A stretch of DNA of 64,000 nucleotides. Origin: Vicugna vicugna. Taxonomy: Eukaryota. Positions 11,160 through 22,842 of the stretch are shown here, piece by piece. Made by a program: the position numbers and the translations under genes. The notes below the pieces were generated by a model. That model was not told the origin of the DNA. It did not search any database and saw nothing but the letters and a program-made list of their open reading frames with translations. The stretch spans positions 2,334,158 to 2,398,157 of the forward strand of contig MU058781.1 of the NCBI GenBank assembly GCA_013265495.1. The letters run 5' to 3'. Numbering within the stretch: the first letter of the stretch is position 1; every line of letters begins with the position of its first letter.

Positions 11160-13249
11160 AGGCAAACTCTGAGACCAGTATTTAAGATTCCCCTCATCAG
11201 AAAAGGAGAAAACTCTTCACCTTCCTCTTTGGGGCAACTTCCATAAATTGTTATGAAGATAGGCCATTTCAGAACTTTTCAGGGTAGTGAGGGAGCGCAA
11301 ACCTGCCATGGTTTCCTTGCTTCGTACTACCCAGCCCCCTTGCTCACAACCTCCATTCCCCAGGGCAAGTTCCCTTAGGAGACTGTAACCCCAGAAAAAT
11401 GCCACGCTGGTGCTAGAAGGGGTGAGGGGCAGGACAGAGAGGAGAGTAGGAAGAAGAATTGTTTTTAATGGGGCCATTCTATGTATTTGGGAGTCCATGA
11501 GAAATATGGGATGGATTCACTTTAATTAAAGAGTAAACAGTGGAGACAATGGGATATGTAGCTGGGAATCTATTGAGAATGTCTTCACATTACTCACAAG
11601 TTAATAATTTCTCCAAGACTGGGAGTTTCTTTAGGATGTTTGTGACTTATTTTTAAGCCTTTTAGAGTGTTAATAATAACAGTTTCTCTTTTACTATTTT
11701 CATGGTATTAAAATGTTTCAGAACCAGGCATTTTAGAGCCCACCCACTTTCAAAGATTTAGTCAAATTAGTTAGAAACACACAGGACCTCTCAAACTCAT
11801 TACAGGGCTTATTTGAAACATGTGAATTATATTATATATAGTTTTATATACCCACAGCAATGTTCTTAGGCTATCACCATTTCTTCTGCTAAGTCACTTT
11901 TCATAATTTGTGCTGTGGAATATTTAAATCAACAGGCATTTTCCTAGAACCTATTAGGTAGCTACCACTGCACTAGGGACTGGAAGGAAAATGTGACATC
12001 AGAAGATGTGACCTTTCCTGCCTGATAGAAGAGGCTTCTGAAAATTTTAAAGGAAGAGAGAAGCCAGTCATGTATTTGGATCTCAGTAAGATCTGCCCAT
12101 GTTCCCAGGTTACTCAAAGGGAAAATAAACCATTGAACTTACTTATCATTTGTTGATTTCACAGATACTCTTATTCCAATGCTGTTAGGCCTAATGGACA
12201 TACAAAGATGAGTGCATTGCAATTAAACGAATCTGAATTGATGAAGCCCACCAAAGCGCAGCACAAAGTAAAAGTATAATAAATGTTAGCTTTTGTTATA
12301 TCATTATTGTTATCATTATTTCTGTCATTAAGGACCTCTAAACCTAGTAAGATAAATAACATCCATATTATACTAGAAGGCAGAAAGTATACAGATTATT
12401 TACTATATTCTTGGTACAGATAAACTTCTGTAGGAATCCAAGGAAAAGAAAAAAAGTTTCAAACTAGAGATAAGAATTTAAAACATATAATAGGGAAACA
12501 TAATCCGCTCATCCCTTCAATATTATGTGTCTAAGAAGGCCGTTAAGTAAGTTTTTGCAAGAAGACATGGTAATTTAGTCTTTTGCACAAGAACCTCAAG
12601 TGTTCCTGATTTCCTTAAATAATATATTGTTGTTCTATGTACCGTTAGTTGATTCCAGTCTTCTAAGATCTATTTATATTTTTAATCGTATGATCACTAC
12701 ATGAGGGGTTCTCCAAGCCTGCTGTTTGTCAAATGTCTTTAGGTGGTAAAATTACAGCTTTTAGTAGCTAATTCTGTGGTCACTCTGTTTTCATTTTTGT
12801 GATTTTATAAACTTTGTATCTGTTATTATCCTTTTTGTAGTCTAAGTAAAGAATTGTAGTATTGGTTTTCCTAAAACAATGCATCCAATCACTTTACTCT
12901 TTCAAATGCTTTCCTGCAGGTCCCTCTGGCTCTCAGTAACTATTTTTAAAGTGTGACAGCAGAATTCCTTAGGTAGCTAGCTGTATCTTGGTTAGGGTCA
13001 AGAATGTGGAGCTGTGTTAATCTTATTATTAAAAAACAGTCTCGTTAGCACAAGCGAGGGAACCAGCTTCAGACTGACAGGAAACTGTGTCATTGATCAC
13101 AGAACATTGTTTGTTATCTAGGTTACAAAAAGAAATACTGTTAAGTTAGGAATTGGTGATAACGTCTTATGAAGTTGCCTAAAAATAAGTTGACATAGTA
13201 TGATTAATCTTCTCTCACATATCCTTTTTATATCTAGTGTTTGGGAATA

Positions 13250-13530
13250 TATCAATCAAATTATTTACTGAGCATGATGTATGTACTCAGCATTGTGTTA
13301 GGCACTCTAGCAGTTACCAGCGAAGCATATGGTGGATCCTCTGTCCTTCAGAAGTTTTAAATCTACCTGAAACAACATGAAACGTAAGAGGAGAGTGCAT
13401 GACCCAATGTAATCTATAATAAATGTTCTACAGCACGCTTCAGGCAGAACGAGCTTTTAAAAGTTCAGAGAGGAGAGAGATGAATATTGAGCAGAGTGGT
13501 TAGGTTAGAGGCACGTCTGGGGCCTGAGAA
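13250..13530 (-). mobile_element. L2 LINE 3' fragment
   Basis: CAATCAAATTATTTACTGAGCATGATGTATGTACTCAGCATTGTGTTAGGCACT is the antisense L2 tail. Confidence 0.6.
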
Positions 13531-14339
13531 GAGCTCTTTTGGTCTGCATTACAGAGCAGAAATGGCCTCTTGTCATAGCTCCCAGCACTCAAGAGTCTTT
13601 AGGAATAAAAATCACAAGTGGGTTCCTTGTCTAATGAACAGCATCCTGTGTGTTCTCACCTGTGTTCAAGGAAGGCGGCTCTAGAGAGTGGGGCCTGTGA
13701 GTGCTTTTATACACTTCATGTTACCCTTGAGCAGAACCAAATGATCAATTGCCTTTCCCTGAGGAAAATGTCCGAGTTATCTTGTCAGGGAAGATGAAAG
13801 TTTGCTGTCATCCTCCTGTTTGCTGCAGAGGAGAGGGGAATATTTCTCAGCTGAAAGGGAGCATGTCTGGTTATATCCTCAACATTATTGGACTTCAAAA
13901 AACAAGAACATCATTGCTGCCCCCTTTTAGAACGTGCCTTGATGTGATGGCATGCAGTTACCAGTTTTACATAATCATCAGCTGTGTGTTTTCTCTTTTC
14001 ATAAATTAGCCTGCACACCAGGGCAAGTTAGTCAGAACAACAAAGCCAGGGTGAAAGTGGGTTAGGTTGATCCAAAGGCTAGCATCTCAGATTTAAACTG
14101 CTGTCTCTTCCAGTGGACGATTTCCTGGGGAAACTCCGACATACCACCCCAGGTTACCAGCACCAGCAGAGGATGGTTCTGTGACAGAAAAGATACAACC
14201 TGAACACTGGGCATTTATGGAAAGTTTCTCCTTTGCTTGCAGTGGCAGACACAAGTCCATGGAACCATCTGTAACCAGCATGAACACCCAGGCAAAGAAG
14301 CCTGGACTGAAGCCTGGTGGCCGCGCAGAAACCTCTACT

Positions 14340-14900
14340 CACTCACTCCGTAATCTTATTTGTCCAACTACCATTTGCTGAACACCTATGACGTGCTGGC
14401 TGCCTCTCTAGGAATCGTCTGCAAAAACAAAGCCTCACTTCAGAGCCCTCTGATGTTTGGGGAGCCATAAACGTGGAAATACCTAATCGGAATGCAATAG
14501 GGGAAGAGAGCTATAAACGAAGTGTCATTGATCTCAGAAGGTGCAACAGCTCTAAATGAGGTGTGACGATCAAGACGGTTTTTCAGCTGCTGTGTCTTGA
14601 AGGGTAAGCTGGCGTTTTGGTGGAGAAATGGAGAAGGGCCCGGAGTACTTAAGGAATTGCAAATAATCCCCTATGGATGGAGTGTAGTATCCGGAGGGTT
14701 GGGGAGCTGGAGGTAAGTGATGGAAAGAAAGCTGCAAAGATGGTCTGAAGACAGACTTTCAAAGAGGCCTTATATGTTACTGCTAAAGTTCGGCGTCAAA
14801 TGGAGGATCTTCGGAAGTTTGTCATTGGGAGAATACCACGATGACTGAAGTGTCTGTTTTAGACACTTTTCCTTGCTTCTGGCTAGGCATTAGCAGGAAC
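14340..14900 (-). mobile_element. L2 LINE fragment
   Basis: CCAACTACCATTTGCTGAACACCTATGACGTGCTGG tail, then purine-rich antisense L2 body (GAGGCCTTATATGTTACTGCTAAAGTT). Confidence 0.55.
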
Positions 14901-15059
14901 ATTGAGGCTGGAAAAGAGTTATTAGGCATTTTTAGCTCTTAATCTGGAGGGTGTGAGGGAGAGCTCATGCCCCGGGTTTAAAAATAACCAGTCTCATCAG
15001 CGAGAGAAAGACTACCAGCTGATTCCCACGACCACCACAGAAGTAAATTCTCTGTGGTT

Positions 15060-15215
15060 CTGATTCATTCAGCCAGTTACACAGTCACTCGCACATTTGC
15101 TCGTCAAATCTTTAATGAGAAATTGCTATGTGCTAGGCACTGGAGACACAATAGACAGTTTGTACCCTCTTGGAGTTTAAACTGCAGTGGAGATGACAGT
15201 TAATCAGTAGTCATA
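15060..15215 (-). mobile_element. L2 LINE 3' fragment
   Basis: TTCATTCA...CAAATCTTTAATGAG...TGCTATGTGCTAGGCACTGGAGACACAA. Confidence 0.6.
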
Positions 15216-15489
15216 ACTGGGTTTAATTCACTTGAACCCAAGTTAAACACATCAGAAGAGCCACAGTTTAAGGCCTGCTAAAATAGTGCCCTATCAGCTC
15301 TCTTCTAAATTGACTAACCTGTAATCCCTAGTGATGTGTTGAATGGAGGAATAAATGAATGAATGAAGGCAAAAAGGAGCTGTCAGCCCCTCAGACTTGC
15401 CTGCCCTGAATTTTTTCTGGCTGTAGGGCTCCTATCTCCATGCCTTAGTCCACAGGGAGAGACAGTCTTACATAGCGGACACATTCAGA

Positions 15490-15720
15490 TGCCAAAATCA
15501 GGAAAACCTGCTTAGGTACCAGGTTCTACATCTGATTAGCTGGGGGAAGAAGGGCAAGTTCCTTAACCTGTCTGAGTCTCAGTCTCCTTGTCTTAGAAAT
15601 AGAAATGATAAAGTCTACCTTGCAAGAATAATATATAAAGGACTAAAAGGATTTAAGTCTAAAGATTAAAAAAAATGATATATTTCAGTGTCAGGCACAG
15701 AAGATCACAGATAAGGGGTA
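15490..15720 (+). mobile_element. MIR SINE
   Basis: GGGCAAGTTCCTTAACCTGTCTGAGTCTCAGTCTCCTTGTCTTAGAAATAGAAATGATAA MIR core. Confidence 0.75.
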
Positions 15721-15949
15721 AGTGTTAGGACTCTGTTGGGTCCCCCTGTGACGTTTCTGTGTACAGAGAACTTGAAAGAGCTTCAGAGTGCATCCTTGAT
15801 TGTGCCACGCTTCTACCCAAAACCTTAAAAGACTCCCTATTGCTTTTTCTCTAGGTATAGCATTTAAGGCCCTCTAGGCCCTCTGTGATTGAGTCAGTCT
15901 GTCTCTCCAGTCTCATCTCCCTTTGCCAATCCAGCATCACTACCATCCT

Positions 15950-16110
15950 TCCTGGGGCCTCTGCATTATAGAGATGCCAGGGATAACATTTCTTCAAAAC
16001 TTTATTCCATATTGCTCCAGGTTACAGTTTGCCAACGTGAATTATCTGCACAAGATTTATAAGGGAGAAGGAGAGGCCATTATTTTGTGGAGGCAGTTAC
16101 AGTCTGATTG
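15950..16110 (+). mobile_element. ERVL LTR fragment (LTR33-like)
   Basis: ACATTTCTTCAAAACT...CAGGTTACAGTTTGCCAA...CACAAGATTTATAAGGGAGAAGGAGAGGCCATTATT resembles the LTR33 5' half. Confidence 0.5.
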
Positions 16111-16119
16111 ATGGTAATT

Positions 16120-16612
16120 TGGTTTCCATGGTCAAACATTCATTCTTTACCGGTAGCAAGCCAGGAGCTGTTTTTCGCAAGAAGAGTAGTGGTTAGTCTA
16201 CGAAAGAGGACATAGCTATTTATCCAACTCCTAAAGGTCTGCATAGTGATTGTCCTGTCCAGGTTTTCACATACTCCATCTGGCATCTCAGACACTTCAT
16301 TGACCATCTGATCTACTAGATCAAATCATCCAAGTTCTAGAGCAGCTTATGTAGTAACCTGGGTATGTTGCAGGTCCTTCTCTTGCTTTCATCCCCTGGC
16401 AAAACTGTGTGGCTTACTAAATTGATAATACCTCACTAAATTGATTAGAACAGAAACTTACTGTGGAGTGTGCTACCTCCAGAATCCAAAGATTCCCACC
16501 AGCCCTTGCTCCTCTCAGTGGTAAGAGGCACAAGATGATGTGACGTCAGCTTCATCCCGAGGGAATAACTCAACATCCCCTAGCCCGCTGGGCCCCTGAG
16601 ACTTCACTGTAG
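16120..16612 (-). mobile_element. ERV-L internal pol fragment (RT/RNase H junction), decayed
   Basis: CCAGGAGCTGTTTTTCGCAAGAAGAGTAGT, AGAGCAGCTT, TGTTGCAGGTCCTTCTCTTG, CCTCCAGAATCCAAAGATTCCCACCAG and CTGGGCCCCTGAGACTTCACTG run collinear with recalled antisense HERV-L/ERVL pol (KFLG...LVGLFGFWR...YSPFEKQLLA region). Confidence 0.8.
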
Positions 16613-16639
16613 GTTTGGATTTCTACCCTCTGCCACAAG

Positions 16640-16824
16640 AGGAGCATATTTCTGATAGAGGCTGCTCCTTCAGTCTGGTTCCCAGAATAGGAAGACACCT
16701 GAAGCAGGGCCAAACAGAGCTACAGACAACTGGCAGATCTGTGAGCAAGACAAAAATTGTTGTGGTTATAAACTTCTGAGATGTGGGGCTTATTTGTTAT
16801 CATAGCAAAATCTAACTGAAATAC
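16640..16824 (+). mobile_element. MaLR LTR 3' half (MLT1I/J-like)
   Basis: GGCTGCTCCTTCAGTCTGGTTCCCAGAAT...TGTGAGCAAGA...CTGAGATGTGGGGCTTATTTGTTATCATAGCAAAATCTAACTGAAATAC. Confidence 0.75.
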
Positions 16825-17094
16825 CTTTTAACTAATATACCTTCATATACCTTTTATCTCAGCCAGATGTATCTTATAACTTTATATATGTTTCATTCTT
16901 TCCCATTGCCATCTCTTAACTGCAAATTAAAATGCTTTTTTCATTCTCTTGTGCCTAATTCCCGTCTTCAATTCAGAAGTCAGTTTTTTCTTAATCCCCA
17001 GATGGAAATAAATTCTCCAGGTTTAACATCCAAAACACTTTAATTGTGTCTCTCTGATGGTTCAGCCCTTTCTATCTTGCACTTTATGACTTGT

Positions 17095-17400
17095 TTACAT
17101 ACCTGCCTTAGCTCTTCTGGTTGATTTCTCAATAGCTTCTTCATCTGAAATGGTTCGTCTAAGCCAAACATTGTGATCCCATTCTTTTACCAGTGATAGT
17201 TTTAGCAGTGATCTTAGAACCAAATCCTGGCTATTCAAAAAATAGGGGAAAGCTCTGGAGGGCTTCTAGGAAAAGTTTCCTGGCTTCTAAAAAATTTTCT
17301 TAAAGAAAGACTGGAGAAAGAGTCAGAGGAAGCCCTTCCCCACTCCTTTCTTTCTCTTCTTTGCTAACAATGTGAGGAGAATTAAGCAAACATAAGAGAG
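17095..17400 (+). mobile_element. Old MaLR LTR fragment (MLT1J/K-like)
   Basis: TAAGCCAAACATTGTGATCCCATTCTTTTACCAGTGATAGTTTTAG...GGGCTTCTAGGAAAAGTTTCCT. Confidence 0.55.
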
Positions 17401-19691
17401 GAGCATCAAGCTGAAACAAGCACAGAGGAGTGTCCTGCAGTTTGAGGCCATGTGCCACTACTGCCCGAGAGACTCTTGACCTGCATCAATTGCAGGCCTT
17501 CTCCACAGCACCCAGTTTGGGCCTCGCCTGAGGTGGATACTGACCTAATATATTACATGAATAAATAAGAAGAGAACCTTTCAGGTTATTTAAGTCTGCA
17601 ATATAAGATCTTTGTGTAAACAATAAGACGATGATTATTGCAGCCTGGAAAGTTGGTGGAGAAGCTACCTAATCAAGGTACTCATGTAAGTTTGTTAAAA
17701 AGAAAATAACAAACAAACACTTTTAAGGAAATAAGAATCACTGAAAAGAAGGAAAAATAGAGGAACAACTTTCTGGAACAAAACTTGCATAATCTCTCTT
17801 TCTGAGGTCTTTGTAAACTAGACGAAAGATTATATAGATTTTCATCTGTACAGGAAATCTAGGTTTAATTCTGCCCATAGAATTCCAATAAGTGTGGCCA
17901 ATCTAAATAAGGATGTGAACCAGAATTCACTAGTGTTACTGAGCAGAGGCCACATTTAAAAGAATAGTAATTTATTGCATGAAATAAAATTGACAGATTT
18001 TTTTTCAGGATTCATGTATCTGTGTGTGTTAGTTTTATATCAAGTCTTTTAAAGAACATAGTATAACATCTAATCACCACAGTTTAGAGTAGCCATTTTC
18101 AAACTTGCTGCAGCAATCTTGACCTAAGGATCTGATTGTTATCTCAAAGCTGTGTTTTGACCATTTCAGTATTGAACAAAATAGCAGGTGATACATCTTA
18201 GGGACCTTCCTAAGACTGTGAGTCTATGACCTTGAAGCTCCAAAATAGGAATGGTCTTATGAAGACGTGAGAAAATTGTTTTAACCCCTCTGGATCACTC
18301 TTAGCATGGAATAATGAAAATTCCCAGTAAATGAACACTTTTAGTGAAGTAAATGAGGTTCTATACAGTTTTTATTTCATCTTTAGAAACAGTAGATGTT
18401 GGTGTCAATGCTACCTGTATAGAGACAGTTGAGTTTTCAATTCTTAGGGAAAAAAAGGCTAATGACCAAATCCATTATGTAGTTATTAATTCTTGGCTTT
18501 CTTCACCCTAAGAAAAAAAATCCAGTTTTTCCCTGATCTGTGATTCTCTTTCCTTCCCACCTTAAATCCTAAATGCACAGATATTCCTAGGGAGAATGAT
18601 AAAAGCTGAGACTAACATGGTTACTGGTAAATTAAAAATAAAGTTCTCACATAAGTAATGGAGACAGAAAATCCGTCCTGTGCCTATTTTTTTCCTTCTG
18701 CAACACTGATAGGAAATTGCTCCATTTAAATGAAATGGTGTGTCTAATATGACAGACCACGAAGAATCAATATTCAGTTTCGGAAGTACAGTTCTTTATC
18801 CTGTCATGCACAGTGCCTGATTCTCAGGTGTGCTCGGCCTGTAGAAGTGGTGCAGTCTCAGTGCAGCGGTCAAGTGTAGTGCAGGATTAGAAAATCTGAG
18901 TTTTCTGACTTTGATATCAATTCAAAAGAAAATGTGAAAACGAAATCATCCTTTATCCCGTGACTCAGTTTACTTCTTTGGAAAATGAACAATGCACAGT
19001 GTTGAGAAGAGCAGGCCAGATGTTCTCCTTCAGACTTCCCTGTGTTAAAAAAACGTTAACTTTTGACTCATCAATACCTATCTTGTAAGAAATATGTTCT
19101 TAGTTCATGGTTATTGAATCACATTTTTATAAAAACACAAGTGTGCATTCATGGATGGAAGGTTTCCTTTGAAAAATAGATTCAGAACAATCGGCTTTGC
19201 TTGATTTTCTGGGGAAGATGCTGAGCAGCAATCCAGGAAGTCACCTTGACAGGAACTTCTGCGTGGGAAGAGGACTGGAATGGAAGAGGAAGAGGCAAGC
19301 CGGGGTCTGAGCTAATTCAAGGCTGGTAACTAACAGGATAAATGGGAAGCAGAACAGAGGGTGTGTTCTTTGTCTTTTTCATTTGCCTTGTCTTCTACTG
19401 AAGGATATGAAATCATCATTTTATGAGGCAGAGGCAGTGTTTTAGACGTTTATGATCAAAGATTAATCGTATACCCATCCTCAGTTGCCTGAATTATGGT
19501 TTGTTGTTGACTTATTTAACTGAGTAATGTTACGGATATTCGGGTAGCTGACTAGAGACTCTGAAAAAGACAATTTTTCAAATTTCCTTTGGAATTGTAT
19601 TTATATCCACTCATTTATATAAAATATTGAGTAGGAAGGTACACATAAATATGGGATAGGAAGTGGCTTTGAAAAATGTCTCTCTGATCTT

Positions 19692-20072
19692 TGCTATAGG
19701 TGACATAATTGACCAACAGCCCCAGCTACATACTCAGAAATACACCACCACTTTGGTACCAAGGCCATGCTTCCCATGGGCTGCTCCCAGCCAGTGATTA
19801 AGGTAGACAGAGTTACAAGTCAGGCCCCTTCCTGGAAGACGAAGACTCTTCTGATGGGCATCTGTGGCTCAAGGATTCCTCCAGTAACTTTGCCAGTGCT
19901 TTCTTAAAACTGCACTGCAGCCTAAGGTGCTTCTACTCACCTTCCTTCTCTTCTCCAAGGTAGAGTGGCTCTTCCAGCCTCTTCTGCCTCCATCCCTATC
20001 TTTCTCCCAAAGACATCTCCCTTTGGAAAACCTCATCCTGGGGTCTCTTGTTGGAGGGTTTGGATTAACACA
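19692..20072 (+). mobile_element. ERVL solo LTR (LTR16C-like)
   Basis: CCAAGGCCATGCTTCCCATGGGCTGCTCCCAGCCAGTGA...AACTGCACTGCAGCCTAAG...; ends TAACACA. Confidence 0.8.
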
Positions 20073-20479
20073 GAGTAGAGGAAGAAAACTAATCATCTGT
20101 TGGCTAATATCTATTTACCCAACAACTTTCACTTTTAATCCATTCATTTGACATTTATGGATTGTCTGCTGTGTGCCAAGCACTGTAATAGCATTTAATG
20201 ACAACAGAAATAAAAACTTGAGGCTTCAGAGACCTTAAAAACCAAGTTGTGTTGACTGTATGTCCAATCTTTGAGACACAGAGCGGTTGTTGTGGTTTGA
20301 ATGGGAAAGAGGCAGCAGAGTACCTAGAGAGGGCAGCTGGACATGTAGTCAGGCCATGAGGATTACATTTTCCTTAGCATTGGGCCCTCTGCAGTTTGAT
20401 CCACAAACTCAACTTTTCAGGGCCCCAGAGTTGATTAAGCTCTTAAGCAATGACTCACATTAAGCAAACAAGTATTCAA

Positions 20480-21650
20480 AGTCATCAGAGACCTCCACAT
20501 TGCTGAATCTAGTGGTCAGATCTCAGTCCTCATCTTACTGAACTATCCATAGCAATTGGCAAACACTCTCTCTGCTCCAGAAACAATGACATCACCTGGC
20601 TTCCAAGCACCACAAGACTGGGTTTCCTCTTACCTCCCTGGCCATTCGTTCTTTGTCTCTCTTGCTTGTTCTTCCTCATGCATTTGACCTCTTATCATTG
20701 CTGTGCTCCAGAACTCAACTCTTGGACTTTTTTTTTTTCTGTCTACTCCCCAAATGACTCCAAAATTTTTCTCCAGCCTACACCTCTACTGCAAATTCCA
20801 GGCTCATGTTCAAATACCTGCTTGATATCTTTATTTAGATGTCCAATAGGCATCTCAGATTTAATGTCCTAAACAGAATCCCTAATCCTCCCACCTTAGT
20901 CTACTTGCTCCATAATCTGCCCATCTCTGGGAATGTCAACTTCATCCTTCTAGCTACTCAGGCCAAAAGCCCTGGAGATTTTCTTGAACTTCTTTCTTTT
21001 GTAGTCTGTACTCAATTCAAAAGCAGTTTCTTTCAGCTCAGCTCTTAAAATATTTCCCAAGTGCAAACTCTTATTACCACGTCAGCTATGCTGTCACCTC
21101 AGACTAAACAACCACCACTGCTCTCCCTTCTTGCATCCTTGTGTCCCTACAGCTCCATAGTCATCCCAGCAGCCCAGTTCATGTTAAACATGTGAGATGC
21201 TGTGAACTAAATTGTGTCCCCCTAAAATTCATATGTTGAAGCCCTAAGCCTCATTACCTCAGAAATATGTCTGTATTTAGAGATGGGATCTTTATAATTC
21301 AGTATTTTAATTCATTTTAGAACTGAGGGTGGGCCCTAATCCGATATTATGGGCACCCTTCTAAAGAGAAGAGATTAGGACAAAGACAGTACACAGAGGG
21401 ATGACCATGTGAGGACACAGGAAGAAGGCAGCCATCTGCAAGCCAAGGAGAGAGGTCTCAGGAGAAGCCAACCCTGCTGGCACCTTGCTTTTGGACTTCC
21501 AGCCTCGAGAACTGTAAGAAAATACATTTCTGTGGTTTAAACCACCCAGTCTGTGATATTTTGTTTTGGCAGCCCTAGCAAACTTTTATGAGATGGTAAA
21601 ATTCCTCTGCTTAGAACCCTCCAATAGCTTTCCTTCCTCCTGGGAGTTCT
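20480..21650 (+). mobile_element. L2 LINE (ORF2 remnant), interrupted by MLT1B
   Basis: GACCTCCACATTGCTGAATCTAGTGGTCAGATCTCAGTCCTCATCTTACTGAAC; TAGATGTCCAATAGGCATCTCAGATTTAATGT; resumes after 21593 with TCCTCTGCTTAGAACCCTCCAATAGCTT. Confidence 0.8.
21198..21588 (+). mobile_element. MaLR solo LTR (MLT1B-like)
   Basis: AATTGTGTCCCCCTAAAATTCATATGTTGAAGCCCTAA...GCCATCTGCAAGCCAAGGAGAGAGG...GGACTTCCAGCCTC...GGCAGCCCTAGCAAACT; TGAGA duplicated at 21193-21197 and 21589-21593. Confidence 0.9.
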
Positions 21651-21899
21651 TACAGGAATCTACAAGGTTCACAGTCTGGTCCCCAGATCCCGGGTAGGGG
21701 GTGAATGGTGGTATGGCCTTCATCACCAGAAGCCTGGAGCCTCCTGCTCCTTTTTCCAAGAGCTGATTGTGCTCTCCAAGGCCAATAGCACCACGGACCT
21801 GTATCCTTTCTCTTGGACAGCAATATAAATGTACACTCAGTTTTTGCCTTTCTGACCTCTCATTTTGTATTAAGGCATTTGCCTTTGGACACATCTACA

Positions 21900-22160
21900 T
21901 CATTGACTAGGCTTTAGAGCCACATAAACCTTGGATAAGTTATTTAAACTATGTGAGTCTTAATTTCCTCATATATAAATGGGCAGTAAATTGGGAATAA
22001 TAATAATATCTATTTTATAGGGTCTTTCTTATTTAGTAGTAAATGTGTATTGAATACCTGGTAGATTGCAGGCACTATGCTGTGAAGATAAAACTATATA
22101 AAATCTATAAAGCATGACACTCATAACTTGGCTTATATAAATTGCTCAATAAGTGATACT
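21900..22160 (+). mobile_element. MIR SINE
   Basis: CCTTGGATAAGTTATTTAAACTATGTGAGTCTTAATTTCCTCATATATAAATGGG core. Confidence 0.65.
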
Positions 22161-22465
22161 GTTCTTGACTTACCACCTTTATTATTGTTTCTGTTATGAC
22201 TATATTCTAATTCTGCTCTTTAATCAGAGAAATATTTTGTGTTTTTAATGTGACTTTTGCATAGATGAGCTCATTCATTATTTGCTAATGTTCAAGTTTA
22301 GAAACCGCACATTTCTCCAGCTTATCACCCTCTCTTATTCTCTTCACATTCAAATTTCTTGAAAAGTTAGCTCTGATCCCTGTCTCTCTTTACTCATCTC
22401 CTGTTTCTCACCTCCATCTCTCCCCAAAACAACTTCATCATCGATCATCTAAGACCATTGTTGCT

Positions 22466-22842
22466 TGTATTAGTCTGCTAGGGCTGCCATAACAAAAGAC
22501 CTAACTGGCTTAAACAACAGAAATGTATTTTCTTACAGTTCTGGAAGGCTGAAAATCCAGCATCAAGGTTCCAGCAAGTTTGTTTTCTCCTGAGGCCTCT
22601 CTGTGTGACTTGTACTCGGCCACCTTCTCCCTATATCCTCACATGGCCTTTACTCTATGTGCATGCATCCCTGAGTCTCTTCCTCTTCTTACAAGGACAC
22701 CAGGCATATTGGATAAGGCCCCGCCCTTGTGACTCATTTAACTTTAAATATATCTTTAAAGGGCCTCTCTCCAAAAACAATTGCATAGGGCAGTAGGGCT
22801 TCCACATTTGAATTTGGGGGAACATAACCTCAGTCCATAATA
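22466..22842 (-). mobile_element. MaLR solo LTR (MLT1A/MLT1B-like) inside a decayed L2
   Basis: TGTATTAGTCTGCTAGGGCTGCCATAACAAAA...GGCTTAAACAACAGAAATGTATTTTCTTACAGTTCTGGA...GAATTTGGGGGAACATAA; flanked by TTGCT / ATGCT. Confidence 0.9.

Noticed and set aside
13084..13099. Exact 16-bp inverted match ACTGTGTCATTGATCA with 35379-35394 (12-bp partial copy near 14522)
   Set aside because: About one 16-mer match is expected by chance in a 64-kb two-strand self-comparison, and the flanks do not extend.
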